The position numbers and the translations under genes are program-made. The notes beneath the pieces are model-generated. The model was not told where the DNA came from, ran no database searches, and saw only the letters and a list, made by a program, of their open reading frames with translations. DNA of 64,000 bases from Octopus sinensis (taxonomy: Eukaryota): contig NC_043022.1 in the NCBI RefSeq assembly GCF_006345805.1, positions 8,680,001 to 8,744,000 of the forward strand, written 5' to 3'. Shown here piece after piece: positions 1 through 14,242 of the stretch; position 1 is the first letter of the stretch, and each line of letters begins with the position of its first letter.

Positions 1-2760
1 TACACCAGAGCATCTGAAAGACAAAATTCACAGCATCACTAAATAAATTTATTACATGTAATCATTAAAAAAATTATGTGTATTAATAATAAACACATGC
101 TTTATGTGTTTCAGGGCAGACTTTGTAATACTGATTTGAAAGTTTAGTACAAGGCCAGCAATTTCTGGGGAGGGGGTAAGTTGATTACATTGACCGCAGT
201 GCTCAATGCCAAAGCTTGAAAGACAAAGTCAACCTTGATGGAATTTGAACTCAGAATATAAAGATGAACAGAATACCACTAAGAATTTTGTCCAACATGC
301 TAACAATTCTGCCGGCTCATTACTTCCAGAATTTGCAATATTAAGTACTATAAATGTGTGTGTATCTGTTCATGTTTACACCAGTGTCTGTTATTTATTT
401 ACAGACAGTATATGATATTAAGGTTTAGTTGATTAGAGGAAATAGCACAAATGGAATTAGAAGACTATGTGACAGATAGGACAGTGTGAGAAGTATTATA
501 GGCAAGCAAAATTTTGGAAAGTGATGGACAAAATTTAAACATAAAAATATAACAATGAAGTTGTGTACAGTGGATAGTATGCTGAAAAAGGGAAAATGAA
601 AAGAACCCTCTATCAAATTAGGGTAAGAAGCAAGTAAAGAAAAAGAAACATTTATTTGAAGCACATATATATTTTTCTGCTACATGTTGTACAGCAGGTT
701 TAGTTGGGAGTCATTCTTTGGCCAAGCAAACAAGGAAGGCAATGCTGGGGCTTTGTCAGTGGAAATCGTGGTAGTGTTGTTTACAGTGGCTATTGTAATG
801 TAGTTCTTTTTCTGGATTAATCAAAGAGAGAAGGGCAAAATCCATGATTTTCTTTTTTTACAAGTGTTTGACATCTGGTGGGGGTGACTGGGTGGTTGAC
901 ATTGATATATATGTGTACGTTTGATAAAAAAGTTTCTTAAATTAAAAATTAATCATATTTTTTAAAAAATTGAAGGGAACTTCCTTCTAAAAGATTCATG
1001 CCATTCTGTACTTTTTAATTATTTTTTTTATATTGTCAATTTTTATTCAATTTTCATTTTATGAAAACCTTTCTTCAAAAAGTATCACAATATCAAGTAT
1101 TTTTGGCAAATAAATTCTAATATATATATGTGTGTGTGTATGCGTGTACCTGCATGCTTATGTGAACAAAAGAGTCACACTACCTATCTATTCATACACC
1201 ATCATAGTATTATTACTATTTACTGCTACTAATGATATTTGACTATGATTATTATACATATCCTACAAGGTGAACCCAGTTACACAACAAAAGTATGCAA
1301 CTTAATGAAAACCAGAGACACTTTGTAATACAGTACACCAAAACCACACATAACTGCATCAAACAACTAAACAAATAATTAATAAATACATACAAAGAGA
1401 AGACATTAATATTTGGTGTTGTGGCAGTGGGGAAGACCCAGATAAGATCTATGTAGTCAATGAAGAATCTAATTATTTATATATTATTATCTATATATTA
1501 ATCTCTCCACACCAAACTAGTAAACTTGTGTGTGTGCAGGGCCCAATTACAGAATTTTCAGTGGGGCCCTCTACTCTGCGAAAGCTGAAGATTGATATTT
1601 TATACTTCATGTAGTACACCAGCCCCAGCCAAAAAGCATTGAGGTCTTGAGGCTCCACCATTATCCACAGTGATATACTAAAAATTTATCATAGTGTCCT
1701 CTGCTCAAGCATGTACAAGGGGCCCTCTCTTGGTACGGAGGCCCAATTTAAAGAAATCTATGTAATTGGCTTAAAATCATGTGTGTGTTTATAAACTCTC
1801 AAAACAACACTAAATGCTATATACAATTATTAGTAGCATCAAGAATGACAGTAGTAGTCATACCAATCTAGCATGTAATAATCCTTCCATCTTCTCCACC
1901 CACTATTTCTGGGTGGGTTGTGGGAGCAGAGTTCTCAGGCACCACCTCCATAGGGTCTTGTCTGAAACAACTATAATTATACTTCCCTACTGGATGCTCA
2001 AGCATGACCAACTGAGACAATGGTAGTTATTCAACTATTTCGTTCTTGGTCTACCCTTAGGTATCCTGCCAGATGGCTTGGTTTGAACAGTCCATCTTTC
2101 AATTCTTTCTTGCAACATTTTAATCACTTGTTCATTGTACCAGAACTGTAACCTGTCAATATGGAGAAGCAGTGACTTGAACTGGAGAGTTTCTCTAATA
2201 CCTGGATTATGCACCCTGTTGAGTAATGTTATTCGAGAGATCCTTTGGCAGAATCCAATTTGAGCTGCTCATATTCATGATTGTATCTTTTTGGCCATTA
2301 TTCAACATTCATGACCAAAGGTGAGAATAGGCATGAAAACCGAATTGAAGACAACAGAATGTCACATGTAATAGTAACAACCTCAGATAATATATCCACA
2401 CTGCCACCTCAAGTAAATAGCCTAATCAGACAATCAAGAATCACATAAAAAGTCAAGAACAGAATATGTGGCCCTATTTTTTGACAGTGTAATTACATTC
2501 CTATAGTGCCAGAGGCAGGTAAGTAGCAGCTCAGCCAGGACAGAAACCCTGATCTCCAAGTTAGGCACTTAACAAAAACAAAAAAATAGGTTTTTTCCAT
2601 TCCAACCTTGGGAGTGGCCACCACTTTCTTCTATCAAGTATCCCAAATGACAATAGGGAAATTTAGCATTTCAAAATACTCAGAGCCAAATGAAATCACT
2701 AGTATACACTTAAAATACCAAAATCCCAAAATAACTTCAACAGTCATAAACATCTGAGAA

Positions 2761-3170
2761 TCTTTTATCTTTTATGTGCTTCAGTCATTGAACTGCAGCC
2801 ATGCTGGGGCACTGCTTTGATGGGTTTAGTCAAACAAATCAACCCCAGTACTTACTGTTTGAAGTCTGGAACTTATTTTATTGGTCTCTTTTGCTAAACT
2901 GCTAAGTTGTAGGGACAAAAACAGACCAACACCATTTGTCAAGGGATGGTAGAGACAAACACAAGTAGAAGAACACATACACACACATATATACACACAT
3001 ATTCATGACAAACATCTTTCAGTTTCCATCTACCAAATCTACTCACAAGACTTTTATCAAATTGGAGCTAAAATAAAGAACACTTGTCCAAGGTGGCATG
3101 CAATGGAATTGAACCTGGAACCATATGGTGGGGAAGGCAAACTTCTTACCATGCTGTCACACCTGGGCCT
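2761..3170 (-). mobile_element. SINE family A, older copy
   Basis: TTCAGTCATTGAACTGCAGCCATGCTGGGGCAC..TTCAGTTTCCATCTACCAAATCTACTCACAAG..GAACCTGGAACC. Confidence 0.75.
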
Positions 3171-3316
3171 ACTTAAACCAATACTAGTAAATTCCATGAA
3201 TCTATAAGCTGTGCAAAATTATAGCAGTTCTGAAGCCCAACTAAAACCAAGGAGAAATAACTTTATATAAATTCCTACACATACCCTTGGAACATATAGA
3301 TGATCTATCTATATAC

Positions 3317-3347
<31 letters not shown>

Positions 3348-5214
3348 TATATAATTGTCATCATCATTTAAATTGGCCTATTGCATCTCCCATTTAATTG
3401 TAGCGATTTGAAATTTGTTGGTTGCATGCAAATCAAATGCTTCAGTATCATGATCTTGATAGCATCCCCCTCACCATCTGCATTACCACCATCATCATCA
3501 TCTTCCATATCATCATAATCATAGTGATTGTTTTCATCATTTTTCATAGGTATTGTCTTCAGCAGCAGCAGCAGTCTACCACCTTCCACATCATCATACC
3601 TTCCATCATCATCATCACTGGTATCATTTCATCAGTACCTTTGTCACCATCATCATCATCTACTATTTATGTAGATATAATACAGTGACATTTCTATGTA
3701 AATAAATGTTGATACTGTAGGTTTATCTGAAAGCTGAACTTATACATATATATATATATATAATATGTGCACACACACATATATGTGTTGTAATGAGAAT
3801 GTTATAATTGGATAATTAGTCAAAAGAAAAAATGTGTATATATATATCTGTTTGATAGATATACAATCATTCAATGGGACACACACACACCCATAATTAC
3901 ACTAGTAATTTTACACGGAGTTATTTATATACTTGCACATATAAATATGTGTTTGTGTGTGAGTGTGCATGCGTATGAGTGTAAAGCTATATCTTGAATA
4001 TAAAGTTATAAATATTTATATATACGTAAAGATTATGTACATATATATACATAATTATGTATGTACAGGCATATGTAGGTATGTTTACATATGTGGTTGT
4101 GTGTGTATATCATCATTATTTTCATCATCGTTATCCTCATCACCATCGTCATCATTAACAACATTGAGTTAAAGACTTGGACTACAATCCTGCTCTACCC
4201 TTACCAGCTTTCATAATCTGTGTATGTATGCGTATGCATATGATTTATGTGTGTGAGCATTAGTAGGTATGTGTGTGTATGTCAGTGTGTGTATATGCAT
4301 GTGCATTATATTGTGTATATGTGTGTATGCACATTATATATATATGTGTATGTGTGTGTGTCTCTCTCTATATATATACATAAACACTCCAAACATGTAT
4401 ACATAGTTGTTCATACATATATATATGTGTATGACTTTTTATATGTTCATATATGTTTGAATTTATCTATGTATATGTGAGTATGTGTGTTTAACACACA
4501 AGTACGCTTGTCTATCTCCATATATATATAATGCAAACACACACACACACACATATATGTGTGTGTGTGTATACACACACACACACCTAATATATATGAA
4601 ATGAGGGAAAGGGGTGTATGTGAGCATGTGTCTTCCGAACATAAAAAGCACACACACACACACAGACATACATATATGCACACCCTCCCACACGCAAACA
4701 CAAACACATAGATTTATACAGAGAACATCTAACTCTTCCAATCGTTTCTGTTTAATTTAATAGATGTGTCTATTTTACAGTCTGCTGGTTTGGCTACATA
4801 TTCAAATTTATTTTTATAATTTAAATGGTTGGCTTCAACTCTAGATTTTATCTTCATATTTATTCCTTCCAACTCCAAGTCGAACTCTCCACGGCTATTG
4901 TATTGATCTTTGTGTTGCATTCATCTATATTTAGCTACCATAGAAATCTATCTATCTACATAAACAGTCAAGCCAATGATGAGCAAGGAGGTAGTCTTTT
5001 TCTCTATGTGCTGGTTCAACCTACTAGAAATAGTAGCCAAATATCTCCTCCTCCACTTCTTACTTGACTCATGCCTCTCTATCACAGTTCTGAATCTTTT
5101 TGACTTCTTAGCATACAAGTGATCAAATAAATAATTATGTGTGTACTTTAAATGGAAAGTATTTTTAAAAACCAAAAACTGTTTTAAAGTTAAAATTCAG
5201 GAGAAAAATAAGAA

Positions 5215-5593
5215 CAAGGCATGTGAGGTTAAGAAGCGTCCTTTGCAGCCATATGGCTTTGGGTTCAATCCCACTGCATGGCAACTTGGGCAGGTGTGTT
5301 GTAACATAACACTGGGCAGACCAGTGCTTTGTGAGTGAATTTGGTTTACGGAAACTGCAGAAGTCCACTTTGTGTGTGTGCATGCGTGTGTCTTTGTTTT
5401 TGTCCTTTACTATCACTTGACCACTGGTGTAGGTTTGTTTACATCTCTGTGACTTAATGGTTCCTCAAAAGGAACCAATGGAATGAGTACCAAGCTTAGA
5501 AGTAAGTACTGGAGTCAGTTCATTTGGCCAAATTCTTCAAAGTGATGCCCCAGCATGGTCACAGTCCCATGACTGAAACAAGTAAAAGATAAA
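5215..5593 (+). mobile_element. SINE family A, older copy
   Basis: B box GGGTTCAATCCC; tail GCCCCAGCATGGTCACAGTCCCATGACTGAAACAAGTAAAAGATAAA. Confidence 0.75.
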
Positions 5594-5677
5594 TGATGTT
5601 AAAAAAATAAAAATAATTGTTTGCTCTGCATTATAATGCACACTTGTGTATTATAAATCTATGAATAACAGTATAAC

Positions 5678-6000
5678 AGATTCATTTCAGCCAACCATAC
5701 CAAATGGTTTCGCAGTGAGTATTAGATAATATTATATAACAGCATGGTTATGTAATACCACATGCTCTTCAGAGATGGCATATATGGAAAAGATATGGTG
5801 CTCATCACTTGTGCCTAATATCTGCTTTTCTTGGAAGTTGCTGTACATATTCATCAAAGACATAATTAGTTACCATATTCTTCTCCATACCTACTATCTC
5901 TGAAGAGCACATGGTATTACTTAACCATACCATTGTCAAATATCTGGTTATTTAATGCTCGGTGTGAAACTAATTTTTAAGATTAGCTGATATGGATTTA
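5678..6000. mobile_element. MITE/foldback element with nested inverted repeats
   Basis: GTAATACCACATGCTCTTCAGAGATGG (from 5752) pairs with CTATCTCTGAAGAGCACATGGTATTAC (to 5920); weaker outer arms; related half-copy at about 63735-63835. Confidence 0.7.
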
Positions 6001-6439
6001 AAATGCTGTATAGTTTGATTGACTTACCCCTTTATGGCCAAATATACGAGTGTCTATTTTTTCTGACTATATATAATATGACTATACATAATATATATAA
6101 TGACTATATATATATTTTGTATATATGAATATATGATAACAAATATTAGTACCAACCTTTATGACTTTATATCATTTTATTATTATATTTTTTATTGTTT
6201 TTATAATTTTTTAGTAGTAATAATATTAATAAATTTTACTCTACAAACTACTATAAATGGCTACTATCCACACGGATCTCTAAGCCCCTGACATGTTCTT
6301 TGAGCAAAAAAACCCAATTTTCTTGGATTCACTTGATTTAATAATATATTTGTGTGTGTGGTGTGTGTGTGTGTGTAGATAGCCAACCTTCAACCATGAA
6401 GATAAGGATTCATTCAATCACTTGCACATGTACACACCA

Positions 6440-6449
6440 CACATATATG

Positions 6450-6496
<47 letters not shown>

Positions 6497-6659
6497 CATA
6501 TATATGCATACATATATACATAGGTCTGTATGTATACATACACATACACACATAAGTCTCTATGTATATATATATATAATATATATATATATATACATAT
6601 ATATGCATACATATATACATAGGTCTGTATGTATACATACACATACACACATAAGTCTC

Positions 6660-6720
<61 letters not shown>
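6440..6720. repeat. 99-bp tandem duplication inside a (TA)n/(CA)n field
   Basis: GGTCTGTATGTATACATACACATACACACATAAGTCTCTATG at 6523 and 6622. Confidence 0.85.
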
Positions 6721-6731
<11 letters not shown>

Positions 6732-7934
6732 ATATATACATGCACACACATACATAGATGTATTTATATATTTATAAACCTCTATCTCTCCCTCACATAT
6801 ACAAATAACTGGTTTCTTAGAACTTAGGATTCAACACACTCATTTCCAAGCTAAAATAACATTTAATCACATAATATTGAAATCTTCAGGACACTTCCAT
6901 TCAGCAGTGTAGTCCATTTTATAAAAAAAGCACCCCCACCCCCACCCACCCACACCAAAAAAAAAAAGCATCTAAAAATCTTATAATATTTGAAGCAATT
7001 TGAAAAACAACACAAAAGACAAAAACAAACACAAGACCCTTGATGTGAGAGCATTCAGTGAATATCAAATCATCTTAACACACGATATATGGTTTCTGTA
7101 TAGTGTATAAAATGATTTGACATTTGATGTTCAATGAATCCCAGCCTAACAAGGAACTTTTCTTCATATTTTTTTCAAATATTTTACGATTTTTGATAAC
7201 ATAGCATTCATTGAAACACGTCCTGAAAAGTTGAATATTTTGTCAATAAATAGTATTTCATCTCACTGGTGAGTGTGTTGATTTACTTGAAACCTTGTAA
7301 GGTCGGAGTAAAAACCTGTTATTTTTCTATTTAGAATCTATGGTTCTTTGCTTTTTTTCTATGAATCTTCATACATTTCTGTTATATTCCCTTGTTGTGT
7401 TTCTGTGTACATATAGATTATAAGTGTGCATGAATACACATGCACAGGGATACACGTACATATATAAATAGATATATATTGATATATGCATACACACACT
7501 TACACATATACTTTTACAAGAACTGGGATGTCACAAATTGAAAGTTTCTGCCTGTTCAAAATAGTTTTCAGTAATTCTTTAGTTTAATGTTAAATTGTTT
7601 TTAGAATCTGCAGAGCCCCACTGCCTTCTCCAATATCTCAACCCTCATCTTTTGGCATAAAGCTACTTTTGCTCAACCTCCGGTTTTGTTTTTCTGTTAA
7701 CTGCATGGTGATCTCATGCCAGTACCATGAAAAAGGACTCTTGTACATGCTGTAAAGTGGTTTGCATTAGGAAGGGCATCCATTCCAAAGCAAACATTGT
7801 AGGATGATGCTGTACTTCAATGCATCAGATCCTCTTAAACTGTCCAATCCATGCCAGCATGGAAGATGGGCATTAAATGATGATGATAATGAAGATATAT
7901 ATATATATATACATATATAATATATATCATATAT

Positions 7935-8135
7935 ATGTATTGGTAAAAACGGTAAGATAACAAAAGAAAGAAAGAGACCTCAATATTATGTTGAGGAAAT
8001 TTATCTGTAAAATAATATGTGACAATTATTCAATAGCCTAAAACTCTGAGTTTCAGATGCCGAGGTGGAAATCCACAACACCATCTCTTTGGTTATCTGG
8101 CTGTTAACGGTCTTTTTTCATAGTGTTTTTCAGAT
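7935..8135 (-). mobile_element. Short repeat family E (second copy 61985-62103), Penelope-LTR-like or MITE-like
   Basis: AATATGTGACAATTATTCAATAGCC..AAACTCTGAGTTTC(A/G)GATGCC..GGTGGAAATCCACAACACCATCTCTTTGGTTATC shared with 61990-62075. 7940-7966 is the reverse complement of 62077-62103. Confidence 0.7.
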
Positions 8136-8159
8136 ATATATCCTACATATGTACATATT

Positions 8160-8550
8160 TTTATATTTTACTTCTTTCAGTCATTACACTGTAGCCATGC
8201 TGAGGCACCACCTTAAGGAATTTTGGTCAAATGGATCAACCCCTTCATAAGACTGGTACTTATTCTATCAGTTTCTTTTGCGAAACCGCTGTTATGGGGA
8301 CATAAACACACCAACATCAGTTGTTAAGTGATGGTGGGGGAACAAACACAGATACAAGTATACACATACACAATATCTATCTATATATATATGACAGGCT
8401 TCTTTCAGTTTCCATTTGCCAAATCCACTCAATGCTTTGATCGAACCAAGACTATATTAGGCATTTGCCCAAGATGCCACACAGTAGGACTGAACCTGGA
8501 ACCATGAGGTTGGGAAGCAAATTTCTTCCCACACTGACACACCTGCACTT
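8160..8550 (-). mobile_element. SINE family A, older copy
   Basis: Same blocks as 11396-11809. Confidence 0.75.
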
Positions 8551-8904
8551 ACACATACATATTTACCAATATTTTTGCCTGTTGCCTATAATGAGGATAA
8601 TTTTTTTCACAAAAGTGGTTGGTGGAAAAAGATACATATATTGGAGCAATAATCTTGACTGAAACAACAAAGTTTGGAAGAAATTTGGAAGTCCTGTAAT
8701 TTCACTTGAAATATCAGTATGGCATGTTTGTGCTGAAATGACAGTTTTGAAGATGAATATTTTATTAGGTTTGTCAAAAGTGATTACAATAAATTATTTA
8801 ATCAAAATTTCACACCAAATAGCTTTTTCTACTTATCCTTATTAAGAGAACTGAATAGACATGCTGCTTTTGTGTGATTCTTCAATATTTTCAAAAAGTA
8901 ATAC

Positions 8905-8984
8905 ATGCATATGTGTGTGTATGTATATACACGCACACACACATTTATAATACATATACATATATATACATATATATATATGCA

Positions 8985-9022
<38 letters not shown>

Positions 9023-9295
9023 CATACATACATATATATATATACATACATACATATATATATATATACATACATATATATGCATATATATATATACATA
9101 CATATATATGCATATATATATATACATACATATATATACATATATATATATACATATATATACATATATATATACATACATATATAATATATATATATAA
9201 TATATATATATATATATACACACATATATATATATGTATACACATACATATATATACATTTACACACACACACACACACAAACATATATAATCAT
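8905..9295. repeat. Compound (TA)n/(CA)n microsatellite field, representative of many (9975-10310, 12300-12560, 13855-14240, 23400-23980, 26340-26790, 45135-45415, 47470-47925, 51050-51410)
   Basis: Directly visible dinucleotide runs; source of the YIYI/HTHT ORFs. Confidence 0.95.
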
Positions 9296-10029
9296 ATGAA
9301 GGCACATGGCATTGTGGTTAAGGTGTTTCACTCAGGATTGGAATATTACGGTTTCAATTCCTGGACATGGCATTTGTGTTGTGTTCTTGACCAAAACACT
9401 TTATTTCACATCCATCTGTAATCACTTAAGCAGCTGACATGTGGCACACTGTGCAAAAATACAGACAGTGTCAATTTGATGGATGGCAAGAGCTAATGTA
9501 CAGCACAAATATTTGACCACTGTAAACAATTCATTTGTGCAGGTTGTTCAGCAAAATATTGCAGAATGCTCATCTATCATTTGCAGCAGAGTCCACTGCT
9601 ATATATGTGTGTATATGTGGCATAAAATCAGGAGGTATGAGAGATAGATACACCTTTGTCTAACCATATGACTTCCATTTGGATTACAGCTGTAGCCATG
9701 CTCATAGGTGGAGTCTCTTGTGATAATCACACGATTCTCTGAATCCATATCTTCTACTCTTTTACTTTACATATATATATATTAAAATTTATACGCTACC
9801 ATTTCAGCAGATTTTACCACTTGATTTCACACACAAGTTAGGAAATTATGTGATGACCTAAGATGGCGCTCATCAGAGAGGCTTGCATAATAAATTTTAA
9901 CAAATTATCCCACTGTATTGACAAATTTATGAGAGCATTGTTTTCCTGACTTATGAATCCCTAAATGATTATACATACATACATACATATATATATATAA
10001 ACATATATATATATATATATATATAAACA

Positions 10030-10061
<32 letters not shown>

Positions 10062-10137
10062 AACATATATATATATACATATATATAAACATATATATAT
10101 ATATATATAAACATATATATATATATACATATATATA

Positions 10138-10185
<48 letters not shown>

Positions 10186-10248
10186 TATATATTTATATAA
10201 ACATATATATATTATATATATATATATATATTTATATTTAATTTAATA

Positions 10249-10279
<31 letters not shown>

Positions 10280-10690
10280 TAACATATATATATATATATA
10301 TATATATATCAAGATTAATCAGCCGAAATTACTACGATGATCCGGTTCTTGACTGAAGACTGAGGGGTTCGAATGTCCTGTCCATGTTTATTGTATCGTC
10401 TTCTAAGAGTTATACGTTCTTGTCCATGTTGTATTTTTCTACATACCTTAATATATATATATATATATATATATAAACATATGAGAGAAAGAGAAAATTG
10501 AATTCACAAGATTCTCTATGAATCACTATGACCGTTTTGACCCATCATGCTTTGGTCTCTCATGGGTGCCATTCTGTACAAATAGTTGTGTTACATCATT
10601 CTGTGCAGATGTGCCTCATCATCTGACTTGTCAAAAGGCACCTCATACTTTAATCTCCATTTTGCTTATTTTGATTAGAATCATCTTCAT

Positions 10691-11030
10691 CATCATCATC
10701 ATCATTTAGTGTCTGCTTTCCATGCTGGCATGGGTTAGACAGTGTGACTGAAACTGGTAAGCTGGAGAGCTGCACCAAGTTCCAATCTGGTTTCTATGTT
10801 TGGATGCCTTTCCTAACGCCAACCACTCTCAGAGTGTGATGGGTGCATTTTACATGTCACCAGCACAAGTGCCAGTTACGTGACACTGGCATTGGCCACA
10901 ACTATGATTTCACTTGGCTTGACGAGACTTCTCAAGCATGGTATAGCACCAAAGGTCTCACTCAATTATCACCTTTGTGAGGCCCAATGTTTGAAGGATG
11001 CCTTTTATATTCTACCAGCACAGGGGCCTC
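10691..11030 (-). mobile_element. RTE 3'UTR fragment
   Basis: (CAT)n then TTTAGTGTCTGCTTTCCATGCTGGCATGGG..GGATGCCTTTCCTAACGCCAACCAC. Confidence 0.75.
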
Positions 11031-11395
11031 ATGGGTCAAATAGAATTTATTGAGACAGATTATCTATGGAAGTATGCTCTTCATATCAACAACCCTCTCT
11101 TGTTTCCAAATAAGGTAATATTTCTTCATGATCAAATATAGTAAAAATAGACACTGCCAGCATAATTGTGACATTTGTTTACAAATATCATGCAACATCA
11201 AGACAAAGAGACAGCATTACATATATATATTTATAGATATACTTATATATATCTCTTTCAGACTCTATTTGCCAAATCCTCTCTCAAGGATTTGTTTGGC
11301 CCAGGACTATAGAAGGCACTTGCCCAATTTTCACATGCTGGAACTGAATCCGGAATCATGTGACTGGGAAACAAACTCCTTATCATACAGTCATA

Positions 11396-11606
11396 TACTC
11401 TTTACTCTTTTACTTGTTTCAGTCATTTGACTGCGGCCATGCTGGAGCACCACATTTAGTCGAGCAAATCGGCCCCGGGACTTATTCTTTGTAAGCCCAG
11501 TACTTATTCTATCTGTCTGTTTTGCCGAACCGCTAAGTGACGGGGGACATAAACACACCAGCATCGGTTGTCAAGCAATGCTTGGGGGACAAACACAGAC
11601 ACACAA

Positions 11607-11637
<31 letters not shown>

Positions 11638-11809
11638 CATATATACGACAGGCTTCTTTCGGTTTCCGTCTACCAAATCCACTCACAAGGCATTGGTCAG
11701 CCTGGGGCTATAGCAGAAGACACTTGCCCAAGATGCCACGCGGTGGGACTGAACCCGGAACCATGTGGTTGGTTAGCAAGCTACTTACCACACAGCCACT
11801 CCTTCGCCT
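11396..11809 (-). mobile_element. tRNA-headed SINE family A (octopus OR-type-like), near full length, young
   Basis: Minus head GGCGAAGGAGTGGCTGTGTGGTAAG (A box)...GGGTTCAGTCCC (B box), internal (TA)/(TG) tract, tail GAAACAAGTAAAAGAGTAAA; many CpGs retained. Confidence 0.85.
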
Positions 11810-12352
11810 ATGAGCACTTATATATACAATCATCCACGTATTTTGTGTCCCCTTTTCAGTACTTGCAAAGTGGACACTGTGCTTCACATACTGTCATACG
11901 GCTTAATTATTACATTTAGGGTACAAGTGTTTTCGAAATACCTATTTACTACTATAAAATTCAACATTGACATTCATTGAAAAAGCTGCTCTGTTGACAT
12001 CAAATCTTTTTACTGTCACATTATGTAATATGGCCTTCCTATTCTTTAGCTGAGTGGATGTGATTTTTCAGAAGATTTGTTTGCTTTGCTATTTTCAGCA
12101 GGTAAAGCAACCACCTATGAGTCTCTCTCATTGGTGCATTTCTACACTTGTAGGAATGTAATGTGTTTGCCAAGAGACAAAAAGAAATCAATGATATTTA
12201 TTCAATATGTATGTCTGTGTGTGTACACACACACACACACGAATGCACACACATAATGAATATATGTGTGTGCGTATGTATGCAAGCACTCATACATTAC
12301 ATACAGAAACAAATATGTGTCTCTGCATGGTAGAATTTAATAAGTATATCTC

Positions 12353-12408
<56 letters not shown>

Positions 12409-13379
12409 CATGTATGTATATATATGTGTGTGTGTATATATGTATATATATATATATATATACATATTCCTATTAACACACACATATACATGCATGCCTT
12501 ATATATGCATATATATCATCATCATCAAATATATATATATATATATATATTTAGATGTGTGTGTGTATTTTAATTTGTAACATCTATTGGTTCTATTCCG
12601 CCATAATTATTCCGTTAAGTCTGCCTTTCATTGTTAGACTACAATACAACTAATTCTTTCAACCTAGGCTCCACTCTGCCATTCCTAACTCGCCATCATT
12701 GAACCTTGTCTGTGCGTCCTCTTGAACTGTACTGAACCAAATTCAAGAGAAATGGTTTAAATTTTTTTCTATTTTTTTGTCTGATTTTCATTTTGTTTTC
12801 TATATGTTTATTTCTTTTATTTCTTTTTGTTTTTTAGACATTTTGTCTCTCCTTTGAAAATGTTGCTTTTACCAAATATAAGCTGTTCATTTTTTTTTTT
12901 AATTTGTCGGGGTTTCTTTTCTGTTTTTGACTTTTTTGTTTTATTTTTTTTATTTTTGAGGGGTGGGGCAAATACAATATGATGAGAAGCAGCATTGAGA
13001 GAAAAAAAACATATTAGTGCTTTATTTAATTCAACTAAGTAAACATAAAAGGCTGAAATGTGGTAAATTCTAAAAGGAAAAACAACAACAAAAAAAGCAT
13101 GAAATGATAATACAAAAGAAAAGAAAAAAAGAAGAAAAAAAGGAGAAAAATCTACACAAGCAAAGATAAGCAAACCAGTGTGTAGGTAGTTAGATAGGTA
13201 TATATGAAGTGTGTGTATGTATGTAAAATTCTTCATTTGTGTATCAAGGGCTTATACATACATATATATATCTCTGTATACACACACACACTCCCACTCA
13301 GAGATATATACTTATATATATACACAGATGCACACACTCACAAATGTATATTTATATACACAGATGCACCCACTCACAA

Positions 13380-13424
<45 letters not shown>

Positions 13425-13434
13425 CACGCATATA

Positions 13435-13479
<45 letters not shown>

Positions 13480-13852
13480 TTACAACCACATGCTTTCTCT
13501 CACTTCATCTCTTTATTTTTCTCATTGTGTTTTTTTCTGTTTCTTAAAAAAATTCTTTTCATTTTATCTATATTTTTTTATAGTAATATATTTCAAATAT
13601 TTTTCCTAAACTAGATTGATAATATTTTAAAAATTATTTTTTGTGCTGAAACTACACTTTTTTGTGCCTCTTATTTCATTTTTTCCTTTGTTTTTGGCCT
13701 TTCTTTTTATGATATAATTATCATTTCTTTTTCAGTTTATTTCATAATTGCGTTTTGTATTTGATGGTTTTACACCCAATATATTGTATATATTGTATAT
13801 TGCTGGTGCCATATTCTATCTTTTGTTAACTGAGCTGGGTATATACGTGTTC

Positions 13853-13899
<47 letters not shown>

Positions 13900-14170
13900 T
13901 ATGTATGTATGTATGTGTATGTATGTATATATGTGTGTTTATATATGTGTGTGTAAATGTATGAATATATGTATATATATATATGTATGTATTTATGTAT
14001 ATAAGTATGTATGTATATATATATATATATACATACATATATATATATATATATACATACACATATATATACACATACATATATATATACGTATATATAT
14101 ATATATATACACATACATATATATATACGTATATATATATATATATATACACATACATATATATATATAC

Positions 14171-14219
<49 letters not shown>

Positions 14220-14242
14220 ACATACATACATACAGATATATT

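Noticed and set aside
1537-1780. Possible hAT-type MITE with GGGCCC motifs
   Set aside because: Termini too decayed to show TIRs or a TSD.
3368-3688. His/Ile- and Asp-rich ORFs on both strands
   Set aside because: Degenerate (CAT)n/(CAG)n trinucleotide tract; no splice signals or domain.
9800-9890. Minus-strand CTGATGAGCG...GCTGAAAT hammerhead-like core; AAGATGGCG YY1-like motif
   Set aside because: No convincing stem II/III or NUH site can be drawn; a single short motif is not evidence of regulation.
370-12000. Scattered TGTTTAC/GTAAACA forkhead sites suggesting autoregulation
   Set aside because: Expected frequently by chance in AT-rich DNA, and several sit inside SINEs.
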